The notes: generated by a model from the letters alone, not told the origin. DNA of 64,000 nucleotides from Alphaproteobacteria bacterium (GCA_018654745.1 JABILA010000006.1:18598-82597); one strand, 5' to 3'. Shown: positions 48,023 to 57,284, counted from the stretch's first letter. Translations and numbers: made by a program.

Positions 48023-49882
48023 TTAGTCCGCGTCTGGAACGTAGCGCAATCTGAGGAAATAATTGCGCTCGTCCTGGTTAAAGAATGAGGCCGTTTGATA
48101 GTCTTCGTCGAAGATATTGTTGGCACTCAATTCGACACTCCAATTGGGCTTGATCGCATAGGCACCGCGAAGATCAACCGTTTTGTAAGCGTCCAGCTTC
48201 CGGCTGTTGCTGGCGTTATCATACGCCACACCTGCATAACGCAATGTTGCACCGGCCTTGAAGTCATCAATTTGTCGACTGACCGTCACATTCGTTTGCC
48301 ATTTGGGCCGTCGTGTCAGCTGGTTATCTCGATTGGATCCGTCTGCGCGATTTTTGGCATCAATATAATTGGCGTTGCCATTTATATCCCACTTGGCCCA
48401 TGTCATGCGACCTTCAGCTTCGACGCCCCGAATGCGGGCTGAATTGATGTTGCCGGCCAATGATGTGTCTGAATCAAACGCGATCAGGTCTTTGACGTTT
48501 GTCTGGTAGGCGTAAACCGCCCAGGTACCAAGGCTTTGTGTACCGCGTACACCAACTTCATAGGACCTGGATTCTTCCGGCCTGTTTGAGGTCGAGCCGA
48601 AACCCGGAAAATACAATTCATTGAACGTTGGTGCATTATAGGCTGTGCCATAGCTCGCCAACACTTCCAGATCAGGCCGTATGTTATAGCCCCAGGCAAG
48701 ACTTCCTGTGTAATGATTGCCAAATTGCTCGTTATCGTCACCGCGCAAACTGAGCTGCGTATTGTGATCGCCAAATTCACCTATGTACTGACCAAATGCA
48801 CCATAGTTGTACCGCTCGGTCTCTGCATAGGACGTGGTGCTGTCGACTTTATCGTTCAGATAGTCCACGCCAACAACAACCGTATCCGTGTCGGAGACGC
48901 TGACGTTGTTTTGCCAACTGACATTGTCCCGCACGGTATTAAACTTTGAGGAAAAGGCACCGTTAAAATAGTTACTGCCCAAATCCCAGCTGCGCGCAGC
49001 TGTAACCTTGATGTCCCAGATGTCGTTGATACCTTTATCGGCATTTACACCCAGCAGGCGCTGTTTGTCCTTCGAGGAATTCTGTGAACTGCCATCAAAT
49101 TCCGTTGTATCGTTGGCAACCTGAGCCAGCAGTTCCAGCTCAAAATCATTTTCGAATTCATGCGATACGCTGCCCGAAAACGATCGTTGTTTATAGCCAT
49201 CCTTGTCCGTTTCGATAACACGACATCCGCTGGCAGGTTTGGTCTGACCATCGCCACAACTGTTGAACCCGTCCGAACGACGAAAGCCAACATTGGCGGC
49301 GAATTGGGTCTTGCCGGAACTGCCGGTTATGCCTGTATTGGCTTCTACAGTGTTGTGACTGCCATAACCGATGGAGCCGGAATGTCTGGTTTTTTTGCTG
49401 CCCTTGCGGGTGAATATCTGAACAACACCGCCAATGGCACTTGATCCATAAAGATGCGACCGCGGGCCCCGAACGATCTCGATACGTTCAATCTGGTCAA
49501 CCGGGATGTGCTGAAGTGAAACCTGACCGGACGTTGCCGATCCGACACGAGCGCCATCAATAAGGACCAGAACGTGATTGTTTTCAGAACCACGCAGGGA
49601 AATTGTTGTGGATTTACCAAGGCCACCACTGTTGACCATCGATATACCTGGTAAATCCCGTACCAGATCCTGAATATCCTTGGGCTGCTTTTCTTCGATC
49701 GCTTCACGGGTGATGACGGTCACCGGTGACAAACTTTCATCAACGGTTTGGGCGATCCTGGAACCGGTTACAATGATTTCCTTGTTCGCGGAAATGTCTG
49801 CCGCCTGGGCAGCTAATGGCAGGACCATGGAACCGGCAACAATTACCAGTTTCCAGCCCAGGCCTTGGGTCGAAATCTTCAT
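48023..49882 (-). CDS. btuB: TonB-dependent outer-membrane receptor, vitamin B12/corrinoid type (BtuB-like)
   Basis: Signal peptide, TonB box (EIIVTGSR), plug domain and a C-terminal aromatic residue (F) after the 22-strand barrel region. Directly downstream of a B12 riboswitch. Confidence 0.85.
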   Translation of the reverse strand: MKISTQGLGWKLVIVAGSMVLPLAAQAADISANKEIIVTGSRIAQTVDESLSPVTVITREAIEEKQPKDIQDLVRDLPGISMVNSGGLGKSTTISLRGSENNHVLVLIDGARVGSATSGQVSLQHIPVDQIERIEIVRGPRSHLYGSSAIGGVVQIFTRKGSKKTRHSGSIGYGSHNTVEANTGITGSSGKTQFAANVGFRRSDGFNSCGDGQTKPASGCRVIETDKDGYKQRSFSGSVSHEFENDFELELLAQVANDTTEFDGSSQNSSKDKQRLLGVNADKGINDIWDIKVTAARSWDLGSNYFNGAFSSKFNTVRDNVSWQNNVSVSDTDTVVVGVDYLNDKVDSTTSYAETERYNYGAFGQYIGEFGDHNTQLSLRGDDNEQFGNHYTGSLAWGYNIRPDLEVLASYGTAYNAPTFNELYFPGFGSTSNRPEESRSYEVGVRGTQSLGTWAVYAYQTNVKDLIAFDSDTSLAGNINSARIRGVEAEGRMTWAKWDINGNANYIDAKNRADGSNRDNQLTRRPKWQTNVTVSRQIDDFKAGATLRYAGVAYDNASNSRKLDAYKTVDLRGAYAIKPNWSVELSANNIFDEDYQTASFFNQDERNYFLRLRYVPDAD

Positions 49883-50004
49883 GAAGATACTCCGTTCGTT
49901 CGCCTTGAATGGCGTTAATTACGAACGGCGATGTCAGGGGTGTCAGGGATGCGGTCAAAAAACCATATCATTCCTGCCGAGCCGCCCCACGCAGCGCCGC
50001 AATG

Positions 50005-50235
50005 AAATACGTTTGGCCGGTCTCCGGACTTGCGAGGTAACCAGAACACTTGCTCTGATAATTGAACCGCACCTTCCCATGACAAATATTCAGTCACAGT
50101 GGTCGTCTTGCGGCCCATACAATCGCTTACCGTTGCGGGGGCAGTGCTGGAATTGCGGACCGTATCAAGTGGTCAACTCACCAGCTTCCCGTTTATCGCC
50201 GTACTTACGAAAGCATCGACGATCACCAAAAGTAG
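50005..50235 (-). promoter_or_regulatory. cobalamin riboswitch (minus strand) controlling the btuB...cobO operon
   Basis: Minus-strand sequence ...AACGGGAAGCTGGTGAGTTGACCACTTGATACGGTCCGCAATTCCAGCACTGCCCCCGCAACGGTAAGC...AGTCCGGAGACCGGCC. Near-consensus B12 box. Confidence 0.8.
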
Positions 50236-50237
50236 AG

Positions 50238-50272
50238 GCAGTATTTAGAGAACTTGCCCTGATATTGTCAAG
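50238..50272 (-). promoter_or_regulatory. candidate sigma70 promoter for the minus-strand riboswitch/btuB operon
   Basis: Minus strand TTGACA-18 nt-TAAATA, immediately upstream of the riboswitch aptamer. Confidence 0.3.
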
Positions 50273-50317
50273 CGCCATCACAACTGCCCTGGAATGAAAC
50301 CAATTGACGAAAATATC

Positions 50318-50485
50318 CTTTGGCACTAGAACCGATGAGTTCATTGGTGCTGGCATATCGGCTGAGCAAGACGATGCCAGATAATCGGGAAGCGGGTTCA
50401 AGTCCCGCGCTACCCACGTAACGGTGAGGAATTTGTGCCACGAGGCACAGTTTCACAGTCCGGAACCGGCCATTGAAATTTGATC
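50318..50485 (+). promoter_or_regulatory. cobalamin riboswitch (plus strand) controlling the cobN-like/exbB-like/DUF2149 operon
   Basis: ...AATCGGGAAGCGGGTTCAAGTCCCGCGCTACCCACGTAACGGTGAGG...AGTCCGGAACCGGCC. Variant B12 box. Divergent from the minus-strand riboswitch. Confidence 0.7.
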
Positions 50486-50641
50486 TCAAACAAGGTGCGT
50501 TGGGCGCCAGAGGATTCTGATGAATTGTTTTTCTGACTGCTATTCCGCATCAACGCCAAAGCTGGCGTTACGGATTTGTGCGTCAATCAAGCTGCATCTG
50601 TCGTCTGACTGCTTGTCCACTTCAATGGAAGTAACACAGCA

Positions 50642-53600
50642 ATGTCAAAAACGGGATGGCTTGCAGGCCTGATCTCAATATTTCTGATCACTGCGACAGC
50701 CAATGCAAAAGAACGCATATTTGGCGTCGTCTCTGATCGTTCTGCAGCCGAACTTGCTTCGGGTGCCGCACTATTTCTGACGCAACAGCCGAATTTTTCA
50801 ATCGCCCTGAGAACACCAACACAATTTTCGGGCATGAGCGATGCCGACATTGTAAAAGAGATTAAATCTGCTGATGCCGTCTTCAGTGGCGCTGTTTTTG
50901 GCGATCAGGTCAGCCGACTTATGCGCCTTGTCAAACAGGCTGGCAAACAAAGACCCTTTCTCGGCATCAATTCAGATCATCGCCTTGTTCGCCTCTCCCA
51001 GGATCAAAAAGGGATGCTGTTTTCTGGTGTCTCCAGCAGTGATATCCGCGAACTGGCCAAGGGGCCGAGGGAGGCCGAAAGTTATCTGGCATGGCATGAA
51101 CGCCGCCGCACAGCCAATCCCCGTCAGGCAACATGGATTGACGCAAAATCCTATTGGCAGGCAAGGGGTCGCAACAACCTGGCGTCATTTTTTGCTGTCA
51201 TTGCGCGTGCCATCAAACCAGGTGTTGCCCCTGGAAAGCTTGTTCCCCGGGCCGATGTCAGAACCTGGTTTGATGGCCGTATGGTCGAAAATCCGGGGAA
51301 GCTATTGCCTGTGAAGAAGCCATGGATTGCGATCATTGACCACGATACCGGGGATCGCAGCGGCGATATCGACACAACGGAACAGCTTTGCAAAAAGGCA
51401 AATGATGCAGCATTGAATTGCGTTGCCTTTTTTGCCCGTTGGGGTGCGGCAAGTGGTGAAGCCTTGCTGATGATTGAAAAATTGGCAAAAACCAGCCCCC
51501 TGCAAGGCGTTGTGTCCTTGCAGGACTTTGTCATTGGCGGTGGCGACGCGCGTGCAACTGCACTTGAGACAATCGAACGTCTGGATGTGCCTGTGATCAA
51601 GGGAATTCGGCTTACCGAGGCGACCGAAGATGCATGGGCTTTTTCTACGGATGGCCTGCCCTGGAAGTCCGTTCACTACAGGGTATCAATGCCCGAACTT
51701 CAGGGCGTTAGCCAACCCATCGTCATGGCAGCGGCAACTCCGGTTAATATTGATCCTGTTACCGGCGTTCGTCTTGTCTCGACGATGCCGATTGATGAGC
51801 AGATTTCTTTGGCAATAGACAGATTGGCCGCCTGGCAGCGATTGGGGGCAACGCCGAACAAGGACAAGAAGGTCGCCATTGTTTATTACAATCACCCTCC
51901 GGGTCGCCACAACATTGGTGCCGACAATCTGGATGTACCGGCGTCCCTGTTCGAGATTCTGAACCGCCTCAAAGCTGCCGGATACAATACCGGCCTCTTG
52001 CCAAAATCATCAAAGGACTTGCTCGATCTTATCCAGGACCGGGGTGTGAACCTGCCTGAGGATCGTGCCGCGATTGCGGATATGTCGAACAGGGTCGTGC
52101 GCGTATCTACTCCTGAATATCGCTCCTGGTTTGAGAAATTACCAAAAATATTACAGGCAGAAATGGCGGGTGGACCGTTGTCATTTCTGGCGGCACGCGT
52201 CAGTGACGCGCTTGAAAAACAACAATTGCAGGCTGCCCGTAAACTGATAGATCGAATAACTGCCGATGTCAGACATGTGCTGGATGGTGCAGATCACCCG
52301 GCGAAAAAGCGCGCCATCAATCTGCTGGAACAATTGAATACGGCATACGACGTCTGGCATGAAAACCCGGCTCTGCCTTCTGCGAAGCAGAAAGCCATGA
52401 AATTAACCCGGGCGCTCATCAAGACAGGTATCGAAGGCCTGCGCGGCTGGGGAGAAGCCCCGGGTGAGATCATGACCTACAAGGGTGACATCCTTTTGCC
52501 GGGAATCACATTTGGCAATGTGTTCATTGGCCCCCAACCCCCACGTGGTTGGGAGCTTAACGAGGAATTGCTTCACGCCAACATGAGCTTTCCGCCGCCG
52601 CACCAATATATGGCCTTCTATTTCTGGCTGAAATATGCCCACAAGGCGGACGCCATTGTTCATCTTGGTCGACATTCGACCTATGAATTTTTACCACGGA
52701 GAAGCGTTGGCGTGGGACCTGCGGACTATTCCTGGCACATCGCCTCAACCATTCCCGGAATTTATCCCTACATCGTCGACGGTGTCGGTGAGGGTATTCA
52801 GGCCAAAAGACGCGGCCTGGAAGTCATGATCGACCACCTGACGCCGCCCCTGAGCGCAACGCCCTTGTACGACGAATTGCTTGAGTTGCGCCAACTAATT
52901 GAAACCTATGAGGCCGCCAATGGGGAAGGTCAGTCCTCCGTTCGAACCAGATCCCTGGACGCGATGCGTTTGAAGATCGATGCCCTCAATTTGAAGGAGG
53001 AACTTTCAGCTTCCATGGATGCTGAACTGAAAATTCGGGGCATAACCTTTGATCAGGCGGATGGGGAGTTTCTGGTGCATGAGGTCGGGCACTATTTGAC
53101 CAAACTGCAAGAAGATTTTATGCCGCTGGGTCTTCACGTATTTGGCCGCGACTGGAGCGACAAGGCAGTCAACGTCATGTTGGACTCCATGCTGCAGGGT
53201 GATCAGAAGAAATCTGGCGAATCCGATCTCTGGAGAGCCAACCTAAAAAAATCTCCTGCTGCGGAAATCAAATCCCTGCTGCAAGCGCTGGAGGGAAAAT
53301 TTGTATCACCCGGCAAGGGAAATGATCCCATTCGAACTCCGGAGTCCTTGCCCACCGGTCGCAATTTCTTTGCCCTTGATGGCTCGGTACTACCAACCCG
53401 TCTGGGTCATGCTCTTGGCGTCGAACTGGCAACCAAATCCGATACAGGTTCGCGTAATACCGAAGATGGTCGGGAAGCGATAATTTTGTGGGCATCCGAT
53501 ACGGTCCGGGACGAAGGCGCCATGATTGCCTTTGGCTTACAATTGCTGGGCGTTGAGCCCCAATGGAACAGTCGCGGTATCGTCCGGGGTGTAAAACGCA

Positions 53601-55003
53601 TGGCGCTGAAAGACGAACAAGTTCGTAAAGATACAGTTTTCATAACATCCGGGTTGTTTCGTGATCTTTACGGTCAGCAACTGGCGCTGTTGGATAATGC
53701 TGTATTGCTGGCCCTCGATGGTGCGTCGCAAACAATCCGGAATACTTACCCGAAACTCGGACCCGCCCTTGATGCAGCCCTGGATCCCCTGGGCACATCG
53801 GTTTCAAACGGCGGTGAAAATCTCACACAGAACGAAGTTGCAGCCCACTGGGTTAAGGATGCACTTGCCGAATTGCAAGCCGGCGTTGATGCAGCGAAGG
53901 CTGGCAGGCAAGCAGGCATGCGTATCTTCGGAACCGCCCCTGGCAGCTATGGCGCAGGTGTGAACCGGTTGGTTGAACGCTCCGGTGCCTGGGAAGACCG
54001 CAAGGAACTGGGTGCCGCCTATATCAAGCGCATGGGACATGCCTATGGTATGAATCGACAAGGTGTTGCGTCGCAGGAAACCTTCAAACGAAATCTGGCG
54101 CGAGTGGAAAATACCTACCTGGGACGCGGCAGTAATCTCTATGGTTTCATCGATAACAATGACGCCTTCGACTATCTAGGCGGCCTCAGTCTCGCCGTTG
54201 AAACCCTGACCGGATCAGCGCCCAATAATCGCGTCATTCATCATGCAGACCCAAACAACGCGTCCATGGAACCTTTGACGTCGGCCTTGTTGGCTGAATT
54301 GCGCGGTCGGTTCCTGAATCCGGAGTGGCTAAAGCCCCTGATGAAACACGACTATGCCGGGGCCCGAACCATGGGATCGGAATTTATGGAATATCTGTGG
54401 GGCTGGCAGGTGACCAATCCCGACATCATCACCAGTCGGGTCTGGGACGATGTCAAAGATGTCTATCTGGATGACAAATACGGCCTTGGCCTGGACGAGT
54501 TTCTAGAGTCAGGACAGAACATTCACGTCAAAACCAACATGATGGCAATTATGTTGGTATCGGCACAAAAAGGATTCTGGACACCGGACGAAAAGACACT
54601 TGATGATTTGTCAAAAGAGTTCGTCGAAAAGATTTTGGAAAACGGTTTACCCGGAAGTGGTCACACCACACCGGATCATCCCATGTTCAAATGGATCACC
54701 CCCCGCCTTGATGTAGCGACGGCAAAAGCATTGGAAGAACTATTGGATTCTGCCCGTTTACCAATGCCGGAAGTGACGCCAACGATTACCACTGTTCAGG
54801 AAGTTGAAGTTACAGAAATCGAACCCCAACCTCGCGAGCCTGAAGAACCCAAATCCCGCAACCCCGAACAAGGTGACCCCGAAGAAGTGCTGGAGGCTGA
54901 CATCCCCGACTATGGCATCTGGCTACTGCTCCTGATGTCGGGCGTTCTTGTTTTTGGCGTCGTCAATGGCCGCCGTTCTATTCGCCGTGGAGGCATCAAA
55001 TGA
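50642..55003 (+). CDS. CobN/Mg-chelatase-like large protein with N-terminal signal peptide and C-terminal membrane anchor (HmuS-like periplasmic (de)chelatase candidate)
   Basis: 1453 aa. Signal peptide MSKTGWLAGLISIFLITATANA. CobN-family blocks (e.g. PTGRNFFALDGSVLPTRLGHALG...LQLLGVEPQWN). C-terminal TM helix (GIWLLLLMSGVLVFGVV). Preceded by a B12 riboswitch. Confidence 0.8.
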   Translation: MSKTGWLAGLISIFLITATANAKERIFGVVSDRSAAELASGAALFLTQQPNFSIALRTPTQFSGMSDADIVKEIKSADAVFSGAVFGDQVSRLMRLVKQAGKQRPFLGINSDHRLVRLSQDQKGMLFSGVSSSDIRELAKGPREAESYLAWHERRRTANPRQATWIDAKSYWQARGRNNLASFFAVIARAIKPGVAPGKLVPRADVRTWFDGRMVENPGKLLPVKKPWIAIIDHDTGDRSGDIDTTEQLCKKANDAALNCVAFFARWGAASGEALLMIEKLAKTSPLQGVVSLQDFVIGGGDARATALETIERLDVPVIKGIRLTEATEDAWAFSTDGLPWKSVHYRVSMPELQGVSQPIVMAAATPVNIDPVTGVRLVSTMPIDEQISLAIDRLAAWQRLGATPNKDKKVAIVYYNHPPGRHNIGADNLDVPASLFEILNRLKAAGYNTGLLPKSSKDLLDLIQDRGVNLPEDRAAIADMSNRVVRVSTPEYRSWFEKLPKILQAEMAGGPLSFLAARVSDALEKQQLQAARKLIDRITADVRHVLDGADHPAKKRAINLLEQLNTAYDVWHENPALPSAKQKAMKLTRALIKTGIEGLRGWGEAPGEIMTYKGDILLPGITFGNVFIGPQPPRGWELNEELLHANMSFPPPHQYMAFYFWLKYAHKADAIVHLGRHSTYEFLPRRSVGVGPADYSWHIASTIPGIYPYIVDGVGEGIQAKRRGLEVMIDHLTPPLSATPLYDELLELRQLIETYEAANGEGQSSVRTRSLDAMRLKIDALNLKEELSASMDAELKIRGITFDQADGEFLVHEVGHYLTKLQEDFMPLGLHVFGRDWSDKAVNVMLDSMLQGDQKKSGESDLWRANLKKSPAAEIKSLLQALEGKFVSPGKGNDPIRTPESLPTGRNFFALDGSVLPTRLGHALGVELATKSDTGSRNTEDGREAIILWASDTVRDEGAMIAFGLQLLGVEPQWNSRGIVRGVKRMALKDEQVRKDTVFITSGLFRDLYGQQLALLDNAVLLALDGASQTIRNTYPKLGPALDAALDPLGTSVSNGGENLTQNEVAAHWVKDALAELQAGVDAAKAGRQAGMRIFGTAPGSYGAGVNRLVERSGAWEDRKELGAAYIKRMGHAYGMNRQGVASQETFKRNLARVENTYLGRGSNLYGFIDNNDAFDYLGGLSLAVETLTGSAPNNRVIHHADPNNASMEPLTSALLAELRGRFLNPEWLKPLMKHDYAGARTMGSEFMEYLWGWQVTNPDIITSRVWDDVKDVYLDDKYGLGLDEFLESGQNIHVKTNMMAIMLVSAQKGFWTPDEKTLDDLSKEFVEKILENGLPGSGHTTPDHPMFKWITPRLDVATAKALEELLDSARLPMPEVTPTITTVQEVEVTEIEPQPREPEEPKSRNPEQGDPEEVLEADIPDYGIWLLLLMSGVLVFGVVNGRRSIRRGGIK

Positions 55004-55458
55004 GCATTTACACATCTGCCATGTTCCTGACAGGCGCGACACACAGTTTTGTCGGCTGGTTGCTTTATCCCGTCATTGCCGCCCTGATCGTGCTGGTCAC
55101 AATGTCCCTGTTTGAAATCGGCACATCAATCGGTGAACGTTTCTGGGGCCTGAAAGAGATGCGCAAGCAAAGCCTGGATCTTGTCCAGGCACATGGCCGT
55201 CGCCGCATTGAACGAGCCGATCTTCTGGCCCGCATCGCACCAATGTTGGGCTTGATGGGAACCTTGATTCCATTGGGACCGGGGTTAGCCGGTCTCGGCC
55301 AGGGTGATCTTGGTGCCCTGACGGATGCGATCATGATCGCCTTCGACACTACTGTTCTTGGTCTGTTGGCGGGTGCCATCGGATTTGCCATTGGTCGCTT
55401 GCGGCGACGTTGGTACGACGAGTTGATGGACCTGATGGAAAACGGAGAAACACTATGA
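55000..55458 (+). CDS. MotA/TolQ/ExbB-family proton-channel protein (short form)
   Basis: ATGA overlap with the cobN-like stop. 152 aa with three TM segments and the MotA/ExbB C-terminal pattern (LGLMGTLIPLGPGLAGLG). Confidence 0.7.
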   Translation: MSIYTSAMFLTGATHSFVGWLLYPVIAALIVLVTMSLFEIGTSIGERFWGLKEMRKQSLDLVQAHGRRRIERADLLARIAPMLGLMGTLIPLGPGLAGLGQGDLGALTDAIMIAFDTTVLGLLAGAIGFAIGRLRRRWYDELMDLMENGETL

Positions 55459-55754
55459 CCGCGCGGAAGTGGCGATCCAGCCGGTTCACCGCACAGGATG
55501 ACGAACCCCTTGGTCCCCTCGCCAACCTTGTTGATATCATGCTGGTGTTCGCCTGCGGATTAATCGCGGCATTGTTTGCGCTCAGTCCTGATCTGGCGAA
55601 AAACCTGTCGCAAAAATCTGTAACAATCAGCGAAGGTCGCGAATTACCCGAGTTGCCTGAAGGATATGGCAAGGGTGGCGCAGGCCTGACACCGCTGGGA
55701 CAGGTCTATCGCGATCCAAAAACCGGCAAGCTTATTTTGATCGGACAGGAATAG
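55455..55754 (+). CDS. small DUF2149-like membrane protein (ExbD-like partner)
   Basis: Start moved to Met 55455 (ATGA overlap, GGAGAAA RBS). About 99 aa with a single TM segment (LANLVDIMLVFACGLIAALFAL). This family typically accompanies CobN-like + MotA/ExbB genes. Confidence 0.5.
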   Translation: MTARKWRSSRFTAQDDEPLGPLANLVDIMLVFACGLIAALFALSPDLAKNLSQKSVTISEGRELPELPEGYGKGGAGLTPLGQVYRDPKTGKLILIGQE

Positions 55755-56430
55755 CCGAAGATTGATTTTGGTTCTGGTTTGGGTTTTGGTTCAGGTACTG
55801 GACACTCCAGGTTATGCTTTGATTGTCGCTTGAATTTTCGGAAGAGACATAGCGCGTCGTCCGGGTCAGGGACAATGGATCGATCTGAAGGCGCAATGCC
55901 TGTTCGGGCGTAAGGTCAAGTGCAAGCGCGACGGCGGCCCGAATAACACCGGCGTGGGCAACGACCACAATATTTTCAACGCCCGAAAAGTCTTCGTGGT
56001 CGCAAAGAGCGATTATTTCCTTCTGGACGCGGGATGCCATCGTGGCAAAACTCTCACCGTCTGGCGGCGCGGTATTGCCCGGATCTCGCCAAAATTCGGC
56101 GGCATCCCTGATGGCTGGTGTGTCGTAAGACTGTTCTTCCCAGGCGCCAAAATCCTGCTCCACAAATGCCGGGTTGATGTCTGGCACGACATCCGGATTG
56201 TGCGAAACCTGTAACAATGCCTCTGCTGTCTGTCGGCACCGGGACATGGGAGATACAATCCAGCTTGCCTTCTCAGGGAGTGACAGGGCAAAACCCTTGA
56301 GACATTCCTGGTCAGGCAATATGGCAGGCACATCCGTGGACCCAATCATGCAACCAGACCGGCCTGTGGGGGCATGTCGTATCCACCACCAGTTTAGATT
56401 TTGATTCGTCTGACTGTCAGCGCCGCTCAC
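55732..56430 (-). CDS. histidine phosphatase (phosphoglycerate-mutase-like) family protein; possible alpha-ribazole-5'-phosphate phosphatase
   Basis: RHAPTG (RHG-type) catalytic motif near the N-terminus. GTG start at 56430 forms a GTGA overlap with the upstream methyltransferase stop. NQ-rich C-terminal tail encoded by a hexanucleotide repeat. Adjacent to the cob region. Confidence 0.5.
   Translation of the reverse strand: MSGADSQTNQNLNWWWIRHAPTGRSGCMIGSTDVPAILPDQECLKGFALSLPEKASWIVSPMSRCRQTAEALLQVSHNPDVVPDINPAFVEQDFGAWEEQSYDTPAIRDAAEFWRDPGNTAPPDGESFATMASRVQKEIIALCDHEDFSGVENIVVVAHAGVIRAAVALALDLTPEQALRLQIDPLSLTRTTRYVSSENSSDNQSITWSVQYLNQNPNQNQNQSSAIPVRSK
55766..55796. repeat. tandem hexanucleotide repeat (GTTYNG)x5
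   Basis: GTTTTG GTTCTG GTTTGG GTTTTG GTTCAG. Encodes NQNPNQNQNQ at the C-terminus of the minus-strand phosphatase ORF, at the convergent junction with the DUF2149 gene. Confidence 0.5.
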
Positions 56431-57284
56431 GGGGCGTTCTGCGTCGACTTGCGTGCCAGAAACCTGCCGCCGCCAAGGTGGCCTTTTTCGATTTGATCGA
56501 CATAAAGCGTGTAGACACGATCCCATCGTCGAAAGGCCTCGATGCCCAAAAGATCAATCGTTTGGGCTTCAAGACCGCGATACATCTCCAGACGCTGGCG
56601 TAATATGACACCCCATCGAGCACCCAGGTCTTCTATGTCCTCAACCACACATCCAGATGCTTCCAGCAGCTCCCGATACCCTGCCAGGGTCCCTAACTCG
56701 CTATAGCCAAGACCTTGCTCCAGGACTTCCCGGTGATCAGCACGTAACCCTGTGCACTCAAGAATGTCTGTGAAGGCAAGATAGCCACCCACTTTGGTCA
56801 CACGGACACATTCTGCTATCAATCGCTTTTTATCAGGAATATGGCACCAGGCTTCCTGGCCGATAACCACATCAAATTTCTGATCCGGAAACGGATTTTC
56901 GAGAGCATTGGCGACCTGGAAATCGACCTGGCCTGACATTTTTGTCATTTCCGTCAGCCGCTTTGCACCCTCAACCCGGCTTTGCGTCAAATCAATTCCC
57001 GTGACTGTGCAGCCGTAATTATGGGCAAGATATCGTGCCGGTCCCCCCATTCCGGAAGCAACATCAAGGACATGACTATCGGTCTTTATGCCCGCAGATT
57101 GTGCCAACTTGTCGATGGCTTCAACGCCATCGTAATGGTCCATATCGTAATTCTGGAGAATATCTTCGTTCAAGGTCGACAGGTCGATATCATCCAGTTT
57201 CAACTTGTCGACAATTTGCTGCTCATTGATCGGATGCGCGTCATAGATATCCACGACGCTGCGGGCATGCGCTTCAATGCTCAT
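56427..57284 (-). CDS. class I SAM-dependent methyltransferase, phosphoethanolamine/sarcosine N-methyltransferase-like
   Basis: SAM motif I (VLDVASGMGGPARYL), post-I acidic residue (GIDL) and motif II/III (FDVVIGQEAWCHIPDKKRL...VGGYLAFTD), closely resembling PEAMT-type domains. Confidence 0.7.
   Translation of the reverse strand: MSIEAHARSVVDIYDAHPINEQQIVDKLKLDDIDLSTLNEDILQNYDMDHYDGVEAIDKLAQSAGIKTDSHVLDVASGMGGPARYLAHNYGCTVTGIDLTQSRVEGAKRLTEMTKMSGQVDFQVANALENPFPDQKFDVVIGQEAWCHIPDKKRLIAECVRVTKVGGYLAFTDILECTGLRADHREVLEQGLGYSELGTLAGYRELLEASGCVVEDIEDLGARWGVILRQRLEMYRGLEAQTIDLLGIEAFRRWDRVYTLYVDQIEKGHLGGGRFLARKSTQNAP

Noticed and set aside
50390-50420. tRNA-like T-arm motif (GCGGGTTCAAGTCCCGC)
   Set aside because: There is no matching acceptor stem, D-arm or anticodon arm. 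The segment is the GGGAAG..GGT..AA.TCC..GCT core of the plus-strand cobalamin riboswitch.
50642-55003. canonical aerobic cobaltochelatase CobN annotation for the 1453-aa protein
   Set aside because: A clear signal peptide and C-terminal TM anchor, plus ExbB-like and DUF2149-like partners and no CobS/CobT AAA+ genes, argue for the periplasmic CobN-like (HmuS-type) class rather than the cytoplasmic CobN.
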